Assembly: GCA_963850305.1 (NCBI GenBank)
Contig: CAWKKR010000008.1
Span: 800,001-864,000 of the forward strand
Reading direction: 5' to 3'
Source of the DNA: an uncultured delta proteobacterium
GTDB taxonomy: Bacteria > Myxococcota_A > Polyangia > Polyangiales > Polyangiaceae
Length of the DNA: 64,000 nucleotides
Shown here in pieces: positions 50,867 to 61,248 of the stretch. The notes under the pieces were generated by a model that saw only the letters and a list, made by a program, of their open reading frames with translations, ran no database searches and was not told the DNA's origin. A program made the position numbers and the translations under genes. Numbering within the stretch: position 1 is the first letter of the stretch; every line of letters begins with the position of its first letter.

Positions 50867-52651
50867 ATGGACCTCGTCGAACGCGCTCCCCGCAACCTGT
50901 TCTTCACGGGCAAGGGCGGCGTCGGCAAGACGAGCGTAGCCTGCGCGACCGCCATCGCGCTCGCGGAACGTGGAGGTCGCGTGCTGCTCGTCAGCACCGA
51001 CCCAGCGTCGAATCTGGACGAGGTACTCGAGACCGAACTCGCGTCGTCGCCGCGACCCATCGCCGGCATACCGGGCCTCTTCGCACTGAACATCGACCCC
51101 GAAGCGGCAGCACACGCCTATCGCGAGCGCATGGTCGGACCCTACCGCAACGTGCTTCCAGACGCGGCCGTCCGGAGCATCGAGGAGCAGCTGTCCGGCG
51201 CATGCACCGTGGAGATCGCCGCGTTCGACGAGTTTTCGAAGCTCCTCGCCGACGACGCCGCGACTCGCGACTTCGACCACGTCGTCTTCGACACGGCTCC
51301 CACCGGGCACACCCTTCGACTGCTCGAACTGCCCGCGGCGTGGGTCGGCTTCCTCGAAGCGAATATCGGCGGCACGTCGTGCCTGGGCCCACTCGCGGGA
51401 CTGAAAGCGCGGGAAGCGCTGTACGCCGCGTCTCGCGCGGCGCTGGTAGATCCGCAACGCACGGCGCTCGTGCTGGTGTCTCGCGCAGAGCGGTCAGCCC
51501 TCATGGAGGCCGAGCGCACGCGCCACGAGCTGGCGATGATAGGTATCCATCCAGCGCGCCTGATCATCAACGGCATCTTCCGCGCCCAAGATGCGCGCGA
51601 CGGCGTCGCCGTCGCAATGCAGCGCCGGGGAGAGCGCGCCGTCGACGCCATGCCAGCGGGCCTCGGAACGCTGCGGCGGACGGACCTGCCGTTGCTGCCG
51701 TTCGGGCTCGTCGGGCTCGATGCCGTCAGGGCGCTGTTCGCGAAGGCCGGCGCCGATCTCCCCGCATCGCGCCGTGAACCGACCACGCCTTCGACGGTGA
51801 CGGCGCTGCCGTCCCTCGCGAGCCTCGTCCCCGCGCTCGAAGGCAGCGGTCACGGCGTCATCATGACGATGGGCAAGGGTGGCGTGGGTAAGACGACCGT
51901 CGCCGTGAGCATCGCCGCGGAGCTCGCTCGACGCGGCCACGACGTCCGCCTCACCACGACCGATCCCGCGACGCATCTTTCGGACGCGCTCGGCTCCGCG
52001 GTGGATCGAATCCGCGTGAGCCGCATCGATCCCGCGCTCGAAACGCGAGCCTATCGCGACGAGGTGCTCCGAACCGCTGGGGCGAACCTGGACGCCGCGG
52101 GGCGCGCGCTCCTCGAAGAGGATCTGCGGAGCCCCTGCACCGAGGAGATCGCCGTGTTCCGCGCGTTCGCGCGCGTCGTCGACGAGGGCGAGCGCGGGTT
52201 CGTTGTCGTCGACACCGCGCCCACGGGCCACACCCTCCTCCTCCTGGACGCTGCCGAGTCGTACCATCGCGAGGTCCTCCGAACGGCGGGGCACGCTCCA
52301 GAGGAGGTGCGTCGCTTGCTGCCCCGTCTCCGGGATCCTCGCTTCACCCGGATCCTCCTCGTCACGTTGCCCGAGGCGACACCGGTGCACGAGGCAGCGC
52401 AGCTCCAGCGGGACCTGGCGCGCGCGGAGATCCATCCATTCGCCTGGGTCATCAACCAGAGCCTGGTCCCGCTCACGGTGACCGATCCGGTCCTGGTGCG
52501 CCGTCGCGCGAGCGAGGGCCGCTACCACGCCGAGGTGACGAACCTCTCCGGACGCGTCGCCCTCGTGCCATGGGCAGAGCCGGACGCGCGGCGGCGTCTG
52601 GACGTCATCGGCGCTGCACTGCCATCGACGTCCACGGGGGTGGCGCCGTGA
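50867..52651 (+). CDS. arsA: arsenical pump-driving ATPase ArsA
   Basis: Two GKGGVGKT P-loops; two DTAPTGHT motifs; SGACT, SCLGP and SPCTEE cysteines. Confidence 0.97.
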   Translation: MDLVERAPRNLFFTGKGGVGKTSVACATAIALAERGGRVLLVSTDPASNLDEVLETELASSPRPIAGIPGLFALNIDPEAAAHAYRERMVGPYRNVLPDAAVRSIEEQLSGACTVEIAAFDEFSKLLADDAATRDFDHVVFDTAPTGHTLRLLELPAAWVGFLEANIGGTSCLGPLAGLKAREALYAASRAALVDPQRTALVLVSRAERSALMEAERTRHELAMIGIHPARLIINGIFRAQDARDGVAVAMQRRGERAVDAMPAGLGTLRRTDLPLLPFGLVGLDAVRALFAKAGADLPASRREPTTPSTVTALPSLASLVPALEGSGHGVIMTMGKGGVGKTTVAVSIAAELARRGHDVRLTTTDPATHLSDALGSAVDRIRVSRIDPALETRAYRDEVLRTAGANLDAAGRALLEEDLRSPCTEEIAVFRAFARVVDEGERGFVVVDTAPTGHTLLLLDAAESYHREVLRTAGHAPEEVRRLLPRLRDPRFTRILLVTLPEATPVHEAAQLQRDLARAEIHPFAWVINQSLVPLTVTDPVLVRRRASEGRYHAEVTNLSGRVALVPWAEPDARRRLDVIGAALPSTSTGVAP

Positions 52652-53556
52652 CCGAGCAGGTTGCGGGTGGCAACCGCGAGATCATCAAGGTGCTCTTCGT
52701 CTGCGTGCACAACGCCGCTCGCAGTCGAATGGCCGAGGTCCTGCTGCGCACGCGGGGCGGCGCCCGCTTCGAGGTGACGAGCGCAGGCTTCGAGCCGCAC
52801 GATGTGAACCCGCTCATCGTGGAATCGATGGCCGCCGTGGGCTTGAAGCTCGCCAGGTTAGGGCCGCAGCCCTCGGTGTTCGATCTGTTCAGGCAGGGAC
52901 GCCGTTTTCACTACGTGATCAGTGTCTGCGACGAGGCGCACGGCCAGAAGTGCCCGCTCTTCCCTGGCGTGAACAAGCGTCTGTCCTGGAGCTTCCCGGA
53001 CCCGAGCACGTTCACTGGCACCCACGAGGAGAAGCTCGTCCGGGTTACCGAGGTCCGGAACGCGATCGGCAAGCGCATCGACGCATGGCTCGAGTCGCTC
53101 GCGGACACGGGCCGAGAGTCCGTGACGAACTACGAGAAGAGCATCCTCTTCCTCTGCGTCGCAAACTCCGCGCGGAGCCAGATGGCCGAAGGTTTCGCCC
53201 GTATGATGTTCGAGGATCGCATTCCGGTTCAGAGCGCCGGAAGCGAGCCCTCCCAGGTCAACCCTTACGCGATCGAGGTGATGCACGAGGTCGGCGTGGA
53301 CCTCACCCGACACTCGTCGAAATCAGTCGAGAGCATCGACCCCGCAACCGTCGGCACCGTCATCACCCTGTGCGCGGAGGAGGTGTGCCCCGTGTTCCTC
53401 GGAGAGGCGCGGCGCCTGCACTGGCCGATTCAGGATCCCGCAAGCAAGGATCCGTCGATCTCGAGGGAGGAGATGCTCGCGCGGTTCCGGACGGCACGGG
53501 ACACCATTCGCGAGAGGCTGGAGAAGTTCGCACGCAAAGAGCCAAGCTCCACGTGA
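52648..53556 (+). CDS. arsC: tandem (two-domain) thioredoxin-type arsenate reductase
   Basis: Two LMW-PTP domains in one frame: CVHNAAR...[11 protein letters not shown]...PDP and CVANSAR...LCAEEVCP...QDP; GTGA overlap with the arsA stop. Confidence 0.9.
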   Translation: MTEQVAGGNREIIKVLFVCVHNAARSRMAEVLLRTRGGARFEVTSAGFEPHDVNPLIVESMAAVGLKLARLGPQPSVFDLFRQGRRFHYVISVCDEAHGQKCPLFPGVNKRLSWSFPDPSTFTGTHEEKLVRVTEVRNAIGKRIDAWLESLADTGRESVTNYEKSILFLCVANSARSQMAEGFARMMFEDRIPVQSAGSEPSQVNPYAIEVMHEVGVDLTRHSSKSVESIDPATVGTVITLCAEEVCPVFLGEARRLHWPIQDPASKDPSISREEMLARFRTARDTIRERLEKFARKEPSST

Positions 53557-53619
53557 GCTTCCAGGGGCCGCGCGGGATCGGGAACGAAGCGAAATCCGTT
53601 CATGGGACGAGTGACCGGG

Positions 53620-54474
53620 CTATCTCGGGCCTGGTTGTCCTCCCGGAGCTTTGCGCGCGGCGTCGATGGCTCGCTTCTGTTCGACCGTGAAATAGCGGCC
53701 TGGAATCTTCAGCGCGACGCCGTTCACGTGCACCTGGACGGCGGTGACGTCGCGGAACGAGACGTCGGGCGCAAATACGGCGATCACTCCTTCGACCCTG
53801 GCTCGGGGCGGCACGGTCGTGGTTCGAGCTCGCGCGACGTCGGTGCTCGATGCCGCGCCCCGTGCTGTCGAGCCGTTCGAGCCGAGGGCGAGCGCGCCGT
53901 CGACGTCGAGGACGATCGCGATCTGGCCTTCGACGTTGTCCACGCCGAAGAGCACCAGTCGACCCGGGCGGTCGGCGCCCCTCAGCAATAGTTTGCCTGC
54001 GCCGGATCGAGGATCGATCTCGAGCGCAAACACCTCGGCTCCGTCCACCCGAACGCCACCGTTCCAGCCGGGAAAGTCGTGGACGGCGCGGGTGACGGCG
54101 GCGTGCAGCTCCGCCTCGGAAGCGCGGGCGGAGAGGACGCCCGTGAGCGACGCGAGCTGCGTCAGCACCAGGATGGCGACGCTGACCCCGGTTCCGATCG
54201 CCGCCCGGCGCAGGGACGCTCCGCGCAAGGGTGCGCGGGCAATCAGGAGGAGCGCCGTCATTCCAAGCGCAGCGCCGAGGACCGCGGCGATCTCCGCGGC
54301 CAGGATGAGGAGCTCCGGGGGAACGGCGAGGCTCGCCGCCGCTCGGTCAGAGAGCCCGACCAAAAAGAGTGCCGCAACCGGCAGAAGCCACGACAGGTTG
54401 GCCAGGTACGGCGTGACCCGTTCGGCTGCCGGTGGAGATGCGAGGGACGCCACTTTCCGAGGAGCTTCACACAC
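53620..54474 (-). CDS. hypothetical membrane protein
   Basis: Three N-terminal hydrophobic segments plus a beta-rich domain; start uncertain. Confidence 0.6.
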   Translation of the reverse strand: MCEAPRKVASLASPPAAERVTPYLANLSWLLPVAALFLVGLSDRAAASLAVPPELLILAAEIAAVLGAALGMTALLLIARAPLRGASLRRAAIGTGVSVAILVLTQLASLTGVLSARASEAELHAAVTRAVHDFPGWNGGVRVDGAEVFALEIDPRSGAGKLLLRGADRPGRLVLFGVDNVEGQIAIVLDVDGALALGSNGSTARGAASSTDVARARTTTVPPRARVEGVIAVFAPDVSFRDVTAVQVHVNGVALKIPGRYFTVEQKRAIDAARKAPGGQPGPR

Positions 54475-54507
54475 GGGTTTTGCTTTGTGGCAAATTACTG
54501 ATTCACG

Positions 54508-55584
54508 ATGGCCGACTCTGCATTGTCGTTCGCGGACGCACGGCGCGGCGAACGCGCCATGATCGCGCCCTCGATCGATCTGCTCTGCGTGGGGGGGCTG
54601 TCCGTGCTCGTCACGGGCGCCCTGCTATTCGGGACGAAGTCGTTCGACCATCGGGTCCCCTCTTTCGTCCCGTACGCGCTGACCGCCGCGATCACCTGGC
54701 CGCACTTTCTGTCGTCGTACCGGCTCCTCTATGCGACACGCGAGCGGATCCTGACGTACCGGAAGGCGTCGCTTTACTTTCCGGCGGCGCTCGCGGCGTA
54801 TGGGCTCTTCGCCGTCGTCCGGTCTCCCGTGACGGCGCTCCACGTCCATCTCCTCGCCCTGGTAGCGGCCGTTTACCTTGCTCGACACTACACGGGCCAG
54901 ACGTGGGGCATGATGGCGTCGTTCGCGCACGTCGAGGGACTCGCGTTCACGTCGAGGGAGCGCCGGCTCTGTCAGACGAGCCTCAATCTCGCCATGACCT
55001 GGCAGATCGCCTGGGCGGCGGCAGAGTCCGTCGGTCAAGTGGCGCCCTCGCTCGACCCCGTGGCGCGCTGGTTCGACGCGCACATCGATCCGCTGGGCAT
55101 CGCGGCGTTCGGAATCGGTCTCGTGGGGCTGGCACGGATGACGCGGAGAAGGGGTGCGCCACCGCCGGCCCGCGTCGCCGTTCCATACGTGGCGCTCTTC
55201 GGCTGGTACGCACTCTTGCGACACGATCCGACCAGCCTGGTCGTCGTGCAGGTCGCCCACGCGCTCCAGTATCTCCTCTTCCCGCTCCGGATCGAAGAGA
55301 ACACGCGCCCCGAGGGCCCCGCGCGCGTGACGGCGGGGCGGGCGCTCGTGTGGCTCGTCGGCCTCGTCGCGGTGAGCATGGCGGTCTTCGCCGGGCTTCC
55401 AACGCTGTTTCGCTATTCGTACGCGGCGTCCGGGGGCGTCGCCGATCTCCCCGTCGCGTTCACGTCGGTCTTCGTCTCGTTCATCAACATCCACCATTAC
55501 TTCGTCGACGGCTGTCTCTACAAACTCCGCAACCCTGCGGTCCGCAGGGATCTCTTCGCTCATCTGGCCACGGCCGCCGGCTGA
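54508..55584 (+). CDS. multi-pass membrane protein with His motifs
   Basis: About 9 TMs; WPHFLSSY, RHYTGQTWG, HALQY, IHHYFVDG...KLR. Confidence 0.75.
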   Translation: MADSALSFADARRGERAMIAPSIDLLCVGGLSVLVTGALLFGTKSFDHRVPSFVPYALTAAITWPHFLSSYRLLYATRERILTYRKASLYFPAALAAYGLFAVVRSPVTALHVHLLALVAAVYLARHYTGQTWGMMASFAHVEGLAFTSRERRLCQTSLNLAMTWQIAWAAAESVGQVAPSLDPVARWFDAHIDPLGIAAFGIGLVGLARMTRRRGAPPPARVAVPYVALFGWYALLRHDPTSLVVVQVAHALQYLLFPLRIEENTRPEGPARVTAGRALVWLVGLVAVSMAVFAGLPTLFRYSYAASGGVADLPVAFTSVFVSFINIHHYFVDGCLYKLRNPAVRRDLFAHLATAAG

Positions 55585-55590
55585 AAGGGC

Positions 55591-57132
55591 TCAGCGAGCC
55601 GCTGCGCGAGCGGCCTGGGCGCGCCGGAAGTGCTCGACAGCCTCGGCGTCGTGTCCGGTCTCGACGAGAGAGACGGCGAGGTTGGCTTCCAGCGACGTCA
55701 AGGTTGGGTCCCTCGCCAGCGCCTGCTCGTAAAAGCGGACCGCGTCGCCATAGCGCGCATGCTCGAACGCGTCGGTGCCAGCGTCCCCGAGGTAGCTGGT
55801 CGAGCCGAGGTACGCCGCGAGCCCGCGCGTGTAGCGCTCCCCGGGGTGACCGCTCCACTCGACGCAAACGACGCCAACCTTCCTTTTGCACCCGAGCGCG
55901 AGCGCGTCGCGAACCCGGCCGATGAAGAGCGCGTTCTGCGCCGCGACGGCCGTAACCGCGACGGCCACGAGCGCCCACCGAAAGGCGAAGAGGCTGCCCG
56001 CCAGAAGCTCGGCGACGAGGACGAGCACCGGCAGCGCCGTGTGGATGGTGAAGATGAAGGGTTGTCCGTTCGCGCGGTAGAAGAAATGGAAGACGACGTT
56101 GAAGCCGATGTAGAGGAACGCAACTTCGGCCGAACGGGAACGGAGCGCGCGCGGCGCCGTTCGGCGCAGGACGGCGACGACGGTGAGTGCCACGAGCGCG
56201 AGCAACCCGATGACGTAGCCGGGGGCCTTCCAGTTTCCGAACTGGAGCATCTGATTCGGCCCGGTCGCGGACTCCACGACCTGAACGACGCAGCCCGGGG
56301 CGACGAGATTGTCGACCAGGAACGCGCGCGTCAGGTGACCCATCTCACGGAAGGAGAACGGCCGAGCGAAGCTCAGGAAGACGTCATGCCGTGACGCCGC
56401 CAGCGGGTTCAAAGCAGCGAGGTCGTGTGACACCTTGCTGCCCAGAAGCGCACGCTGCGTGAAGAGGAGCGCGACGAAGACGATCGCCACGGCGACGGCG
56501 TACGCCAGCAACGACCCGGCACGGCTCCGCCACGTCGTCTGGCTCCGGCGGAGATCCACCAGGTACGCGAGCACGACGTAGACGCCGTTGGTCACCGTCA
56601 CGCCGATTGCCAGCGCGGAGAGCAGCACGAACGTCGCGAAGCGCCATGTGTTTTCCCGCGACGGCCACGAGCTTTGCTCACGCATCAGGAAGCACGCCGT
56701 GATCACGGCTGCATTGAGGGCGAAGGTCTCGGGCACCGACGCCAGGAGCCAGACGGTGGAGCAGGTGCCGAAGAGGATCGCGAATGCGACCGCGAGCCGT
56801 TCGTCGGCCAGGATTCCCCGGAAGACGACGGTCGACGCTGCGACGGAGAGCGCCGCCCCCGACGCCACGATCAGTCGGATCGCGGAGATCGTGGGAAGAC
56901 CGAAACCCGCAAGGGCGGATGCCGGCCATGCCACGATGAGCTCGAACAGGGGGTGTCGCCCGAAAACGACGTCGTTCTGGCGGCCGAGGACGTCCGCGAG
57001 GATTCGATCGAGGTCCGCGTCGAAAACGAAGTTGTGCGCCAGCACGTTCGGCGCACGAAGATCGATCGACGTCAGATAGAGGCCAAGGAACGCCGCAAAG
57101 AGCCCGAAAGAGATCCAGCGACGAGAGCGCAT
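55591..57132 (-). CDS. multi-pass membrane protein (GT-C-like) with C-terminal TPR
   Basis: FDAD loop after TM1; RHPLF; VPETF; C-terminal YGDAVRFYEQALARDP...NLAVSL TPR. Confidence 0.68.
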   Translation of the reverse strand: MRSRRWISFGLFAAFLGLYLTSIDLRAPNVLAHNFVFDADLDRILADVLGRQNDVVFGRHPLFELIVAWPASALAGFGLPTISAIRLIVASGAALSVAASTVVFRGILADERLAVAFAILFGTCSTVWLLASVPETFALNAAVITACFLMREQSSWPSRENTWRFATFVLLSALAIGVTVTNGVYVVLAYLVDLRRSQTTWRSRAGSLLAYAVAVAIVFVALLFTQRALLGSKVSHDLAALNPLAASRHDVFLSFARPFSFREMGHLTRAFLVDNLVAPGCVVQVVESATGPNQMLQFGNWKAPGYVIGLLALVALTVVAVLRRTAPRALRSRSAEVAFLYIGFNVVFHFFYRANGQPFIFTIHTALPVLVLVAELLAGSLFAFRWALVAVAVTAVAAQNALFIGRVRDALALGCKRKVGVVCVEWSGHPGERYTRGLAAYLGSTSYLGDAGTDAFEHARYGDAVRFYEQALARDPTLTSLEANLAVSLVETGHDAEAVEHFRRAQAARAAAR

Positions 57133-57203
57133 GTGGAACGCTGGATGATAAGGCAGCCCGCCGCCTCGGACCGCTCAATCGTCCCCCCCGACGGGCGCGG
57201 CTT

Positions 57204-57983
57204 TCAGAGGGCTTCGATGATGAGACTCTGGGTGGCTCTGCCGATCGGCCCGTCCGCGTCGAAGAGCTGGCTCTCCGCGACGCCGACGCCGTTCGGCGAC
57301 ACCCGGGTACGCGCGTCGAGACACGTCCATTCGCCCCGCTGGTACCGGTGCAGATACACGGTGAGGTCTGGATTGATGAAGGTGTGCGTGCCCGCGAGCA
57401 CGGACGAGATCCCGTTGCCGAAGTCAGCGACCGCGGCGACGCGGCAGAGCGGCGAGGTCTCTTCGTCCGCAAGGAGCGGCACGCGGAGGCGGATCCAGTC
57501 CGTCGCGGGCCCGGGCTGAGCGATGCTGCCGCGCAGGAACCGGTGTTCCACGCCTCGGTTGTGGAAGCCGTCCAGGAAGTGCGACGACGTGAACGGCGTC
57601 CCCTCTTCGGGAAGACCCAGCCGCGGTGCATCGTCCGGCGGCAAACTCGGGAGCGGCACGTCGGCTTGTCGGATCCGGAGCGCCGTCATCCGCGCGACCA
57701 CGTTCGCCTCCGTGCCGAGCGTCGCCTCGACGAGCTGCACCTTCTTCCCCTGACGCACCCAGCGGACCGCAACGGCGAGCGGCTCCGGCGGCACCGGGCG
57801 AAGGAGCTCCACCGTCATCCGGGCGACGAACGGCGCGCTCGCGTTCTCGAATCGCTCGACGGCGCGCGCCAGCAGGGCCGACGGCGGTCCCCCGTGAAGC
57901 GCATTGGGACTCCACGGCCCGTGCGAGAACAAAGTGGGGCGAAAGTGGGTCTCGTCGAGGCGGTCGAACAGAGCGTCCGTCAT
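57204..57983 (-). CDS. thioesterase family protein (double hot-dog fold)
   Basis: GPWSPNALHGGPPSALL; ADFGNG; FINPDLTVYLHR. Confidence 0.9.
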   Translation of the reverse strand: MTDALFDRLDETHFRPTLFSHGPWSPNALHGGPPSALLARAVERFENASAPFVARMTVELLRPVPPEPLAVAVRWVRQGKKVQLVEATLGTEANVVARMTALRIRQADVPLPSLPPDDAPRLGLPEEGTPFTSSHFLDGFHNRGVEHRFLRGSIAQPGPATDWIRLRVPLLADEETSPLCRVAAVADFGNGISSVLAGTHTFINPDLTVYLHRYQRGEWTCLDARTRVSPNGVGVAESQLFDADGPIGRATQSLIIEAL

Positions 57984-58101
57984 CCGGAGACGCTTAGCGC
58001 GGACCCGGACGGGGCTCTACCGTCATTCGGGGCGCGCCGCAGGGCCTGCCGAGACGACGCGCGCCCCCTTCGTCTCTCGAGTTCGGCTCGATGGAGACGG
58101 T

Positions 58102-61100
58102 TCAGTGCGCGGCGTGCGGAACGCCGAGCGCCGCCGGCCCGGTCTCATCGTGCTCGCTCGATTCCTCGCGCTTGGCGAAGATGAGGAACATCACCGGGAC
58201 GAGGAAGAGCGACAGGATCGTGGACGAGGTCAGGCCGCCCACGACGGAGAGGGCGAGCGGCTGGTTCGCCGCGGAGCTCCGCTCGATACCGGACGCCGTG
58301 GGGAGGAGTCCAATGACGGTCGCGAGGCTCGTCATGGCGATCGGAACGAACCGCGAGCGCGCGGCGGCGATGATCGCTTCCACCTTGTCCACGCCTTCGT
58401 TGAGACGGCGATTGGCGTCGTCGACCAGGAGGATGCCGTTCGACACGGCGATCCCGATGACCATGAGGATACCCATGAGGGCGGTGATCGAAAATCCCTG
58501 CCCGGCCGCCATGAGCGCGAGCACGATGCCGACGAGCGACACGGGGATGGTGAACAGCATGACGAAGGGCAACCGCAGGGACTTGAACTGCGACGCCATG
58601 ATCATGAACACCACCATCACCGCGAGTCCGAGTGCGACGCCGAGGCCGGAGAAGGTGTCCCTCATCAGTTCCACCTGACCGACGAAGTCGAACGGGATGT
58701 TGCGCGTTCGAGGGTCTTCATGGAGGGCACGCTCCAGATCTTTGGCGACGGAACCGATGTCGCGCCCCTCGGTCTGCATGAGGATGTGCCCGGCACGCTC
58801 GAGGCGATTCCGTTCGATGCCGATGGGGCCGACCGACCGACGAACCTCTCCGTAAGCGCCGAGGCGGACGGGTTTGCCGTTCTCGCCGATGTGCACGGGG
58901 AGCTGCGCGAGGGCGTTGATGTCGTTGACCTTGGCGCCGTCGTAGTCGGTGACGACGTAGTAGCTCTGTCCGTTGTTCGGATCGAGCCAGACGCTCGGCG
59001 TGTTGATATTGCCGAGCGTCGCCTCGAGCGTCGTCTGCGCCGCGTCCCGTGTGGTGACACCGACGAGCCCGGACTTCGTGCGATCCGTGTCGATGTGGAT
59101 CTCCGGATAATTCATCTCGAGCGACGGCCAGACGTCGCGCACGCCGGGAACGGTCCGGGCCACCTCGGCGACGGCCTTGCTGCGCGCGTCGAGCTCTTCG
59201 AGGCTTTCGCCACGGACCTCGACGACGACGGGTGCATTATAGCCGTTGTTGAAGACGCTCGTGACGAGCCCACCGGGCAACTCGAGAAACTCCACGCCGG
59301 GGTAATGGCGCTTCAGAATCTTCCGCATCTCGTCGGCGATCTGACGTTGCGTATGCACACGATCCTCGGGGTCCGAAAGCGCGAGCCGGATGAATCCCAT
59401 GTGGGGACCCCAGTTGGGGCTGGTCATCGCGCTCCGGGCGTTGTTCGGCGAGCCCACGTTCGTGAGCACGAGCTTCACTTCGCTCTTCGGCAGCTCACGC
59501 CGGAGCGTCATCCCCATTTCCTTGATCTGCTCCGCCGCTTGCTCGAGAGACGTACCCGGAGTGAGCCTCACGTAGACGCGCTCCATCGATTCGTCGATCT
59601 CGGGGAAGAAGGTGCTCGGTAACCGGTTTGCGGCCCACGCGCTCGCCAGGACGAGCAGGAACGACGCCGCGAGGACGGTGCTCTGGAACGGGAGGACCCT
59701 GCGGAGCGTCCGTGCATACCCTTCGGCGAGCCCGTCGATGGCCGCCTCGACGCGCTTCCCGAGGGCGCCGTGCTCGACGTGGCCGAGGAAATACCTGCAC
59801 GCGACGGGCGTGACGCAGATGCTGACGAAGTACGACGCTGTCATCGCGACCGCCACCGTCAGTGCGAGCGGCCCGAAGAGCTTCTGCGCGAGCCCGGCGA
59901 GGAGCAGCACCGGCAGCAAGACCGCCATCGTCGTCAGGGTCGACGCGAGCACGGGGAGCGCGACCGCGTTCGTGCCCTGGAGCGCCGCATGGAACGCGCT
60001 CAGCCCCTGCCGTTGATGACGGTGGATCGACTCGAGCACGACCACCGCGTCGTCCACGAGACGCCCCATGGCGAGCGTCAGACCGCCCAGCGTGAAGGCG
60101 TTCAACGTCTGACCGGTCGCGTAGAGGACGATCAGCGTGATCGCGAACGACAGCGGGATCGCGACCGAAACGATCATCGTGCCCCGCGTGCTCTGAAGGA
60201 AGAGCAGGATGACGATGGCGATGAGCACCAGCGCCTGGAGGACTTCCTTCTTCAATCCATCGTACGTCGTGCGGACGAACGTCGACTGATCGAAGACCGG
60301 GAGAACCTCCAGGCCGCGCGGCAGGTCGTGAAGTTCGGTCACTGCCTTTTTGACGGCGTCGACGATCTGGATCGTGTTGCCGCCCGGTACACGGAGCACG
60401 TTCAGGTAGACCGCGTTTTGACCGCCGACGGTGACGGACTGAGTCTCCGGTGCGCCGCCGTCTTCCACTCGCGCGACGTCCCGGATGAGGACGGGGGCGC
60501 CGTCGCGGTACTTGATGAGCGCGTCGCCGATCGTCGCGACTCGCGCGGGCACGGCGTTCGTGTACACGTTCGCGTCGAATTTGGGCGAGAGGAACTCACC
60601 CGATGGCAAGAGCGCGTTCGAGTCGCGTACGGCTGCTGCCACCTCGGTGGAGGTGATGCCGCGCGCCTGCGCTTCCACCGGGTCGACCACCACGTTGATC
60701 TGCCGCTGGCGTCCGCCGTTGATGGACGCACTCGCCACGCCGGGAATACCTTCGAGGATCGGCTCGATGTAGTTCTGTGCGTAGTCGTAGAGCTGCGGAC
60801 CCGTGAACCCAGGGCCGGAGACGGCGACCTGGATCACCGGCGCGTTCGACGGATCGTACTGGAGCACGAACGGCGGGAGCACGCCGAGAGACTTCGGCAC
60901 GGCCGCCATCGCGAACGCGGCTTGCTGCTGCACGAGCGTCTGGGCACCGTTCAGATCCGTGCCCCACTTGAGCCACACGTAGACGATGCTGAGGTTGTTT
61001 CGGGAAGTGCTCTCCACGTGGTCCACGCCCGGCGTCGCGCTGACGTATTTCTCCAGGCGCCATGAGAGCGTCTTCTCGACGTCCTTCGGGCCGAGGCCCG

Positions 61101-61248
61101 GCGCCATCGTTCCGATGATGAGCACGGGCGGAGTGAGGTCCGGAAAGGTATCCACGCTCATGCGCGGCGTGACGACGAACGCGAACACGACGACCGCGAT
61201 GCACATCATCAGCACCGCGACCGGATTCTTGAGCGCGAGCGCCGTCAC
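58102..61248 (-). CDS. RND efflux transporter permease
   Basis: 1048 aa; GRLVDDAVVVLE; PVLASTLTT; RFVPIAMTSL; VVGGL. Confidence 0.96.
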   Translation of the reverse strand: MTALALKNPVAVLMMCIAVVVFAFVVTPRMSVDTFPDLTPPVLIIGTMAPGLGPKDVEKTLSWRLEKYVSATPGVDHVESTSRNNLSIVYVWLKWGTDLNGAQTLVQQQAAFAMAAVPKSLGVLPPFVLQYDPSNAPVIQVAVSGPGFTGPQLYDYAQNYIEPILEGIPGVASASINGGRQRQINVVVDPVEAQARGITSTEVAAAVRDSNALLPSGEFLSPKFDANVYTNAVPARVATIGDALIKYRDGAPVLIRDVARVEDGGAPETQSVTVGGQNAVYLNVLRVPGGNTIQIVDAVKKAVTELHDLPRGLEVLPVFDQSTFVRTTYDGLKKEVLQALVLIAIVILLFLQSTRGTMIVSVAIPLSFAITLIVLYATGQTLNAFTLGGLTLAMGRLVDDAVVVLESIHRHQRQGLSAFHAALQGTNAVALPVLASTLTTMAVLLPVLLLAGLAQKLFGPLALTVAVAMTASYFVSICVTPVACRYFLGHVEHGALGKRVEAAIDGLAEGYARTLRRVLPFQSTVLAASFLLVLASAWAANRLPSTFFPEIDESMERVYVRLTPGTSLEQAAEQIKEMGMTLRRELPKSEVKLVLTNVGSPNNARSAMTSPNWGPHMGFIRLALSDPEDRVHTQRQIADEMRKILKRHYPGVEFLELPGGLVTSVFNNGYNAPVVVEVRGESLEELDARSKAVAEVARTVPGVRDVWPSLEMNYPEIHIDTDRTKSGLVGVTTRDAAQTTLEATLGNINTPSVWLDPNNGQSYYVVTDYDGAKVNDINALAQLPVHIGENGKPVRLGAYGEVRRSVGPIGIERNRLERAGHILMQTEGRDIGSVAKDLERALHEDPRTRNIPFDFVGQVELMRDTFSGLGVALGLAVMVVFMIMASQFKSLRLPFVMLFTIPVSLVGIVLALMAAGQGFSITALMGILMVIGIAVSNGILLVDDANRRLNEGVDKVEAIIAAARSRFVPIAMTSLATVIGLLPTASGIERSSAANQPLALSVVGGLTSSTILSLFLVPVMFLIFAKREESSEHDETGPAALGVPHAAH

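Noticed and set aside
50320..51093. N-terminal extension of ArsM (525-aa ORF)
   Set aside because: Overlaps arsD and arsA antisense; a good RBS supports ATG 50319.
58420..58450. Inactive RND pump because the TM10 Lys is replaced (VSNGILL)
   Set aside because: The TM4 Asp pair is intact and, as I recall, some RND subfamilies lack this Lys; not evidence of decay.
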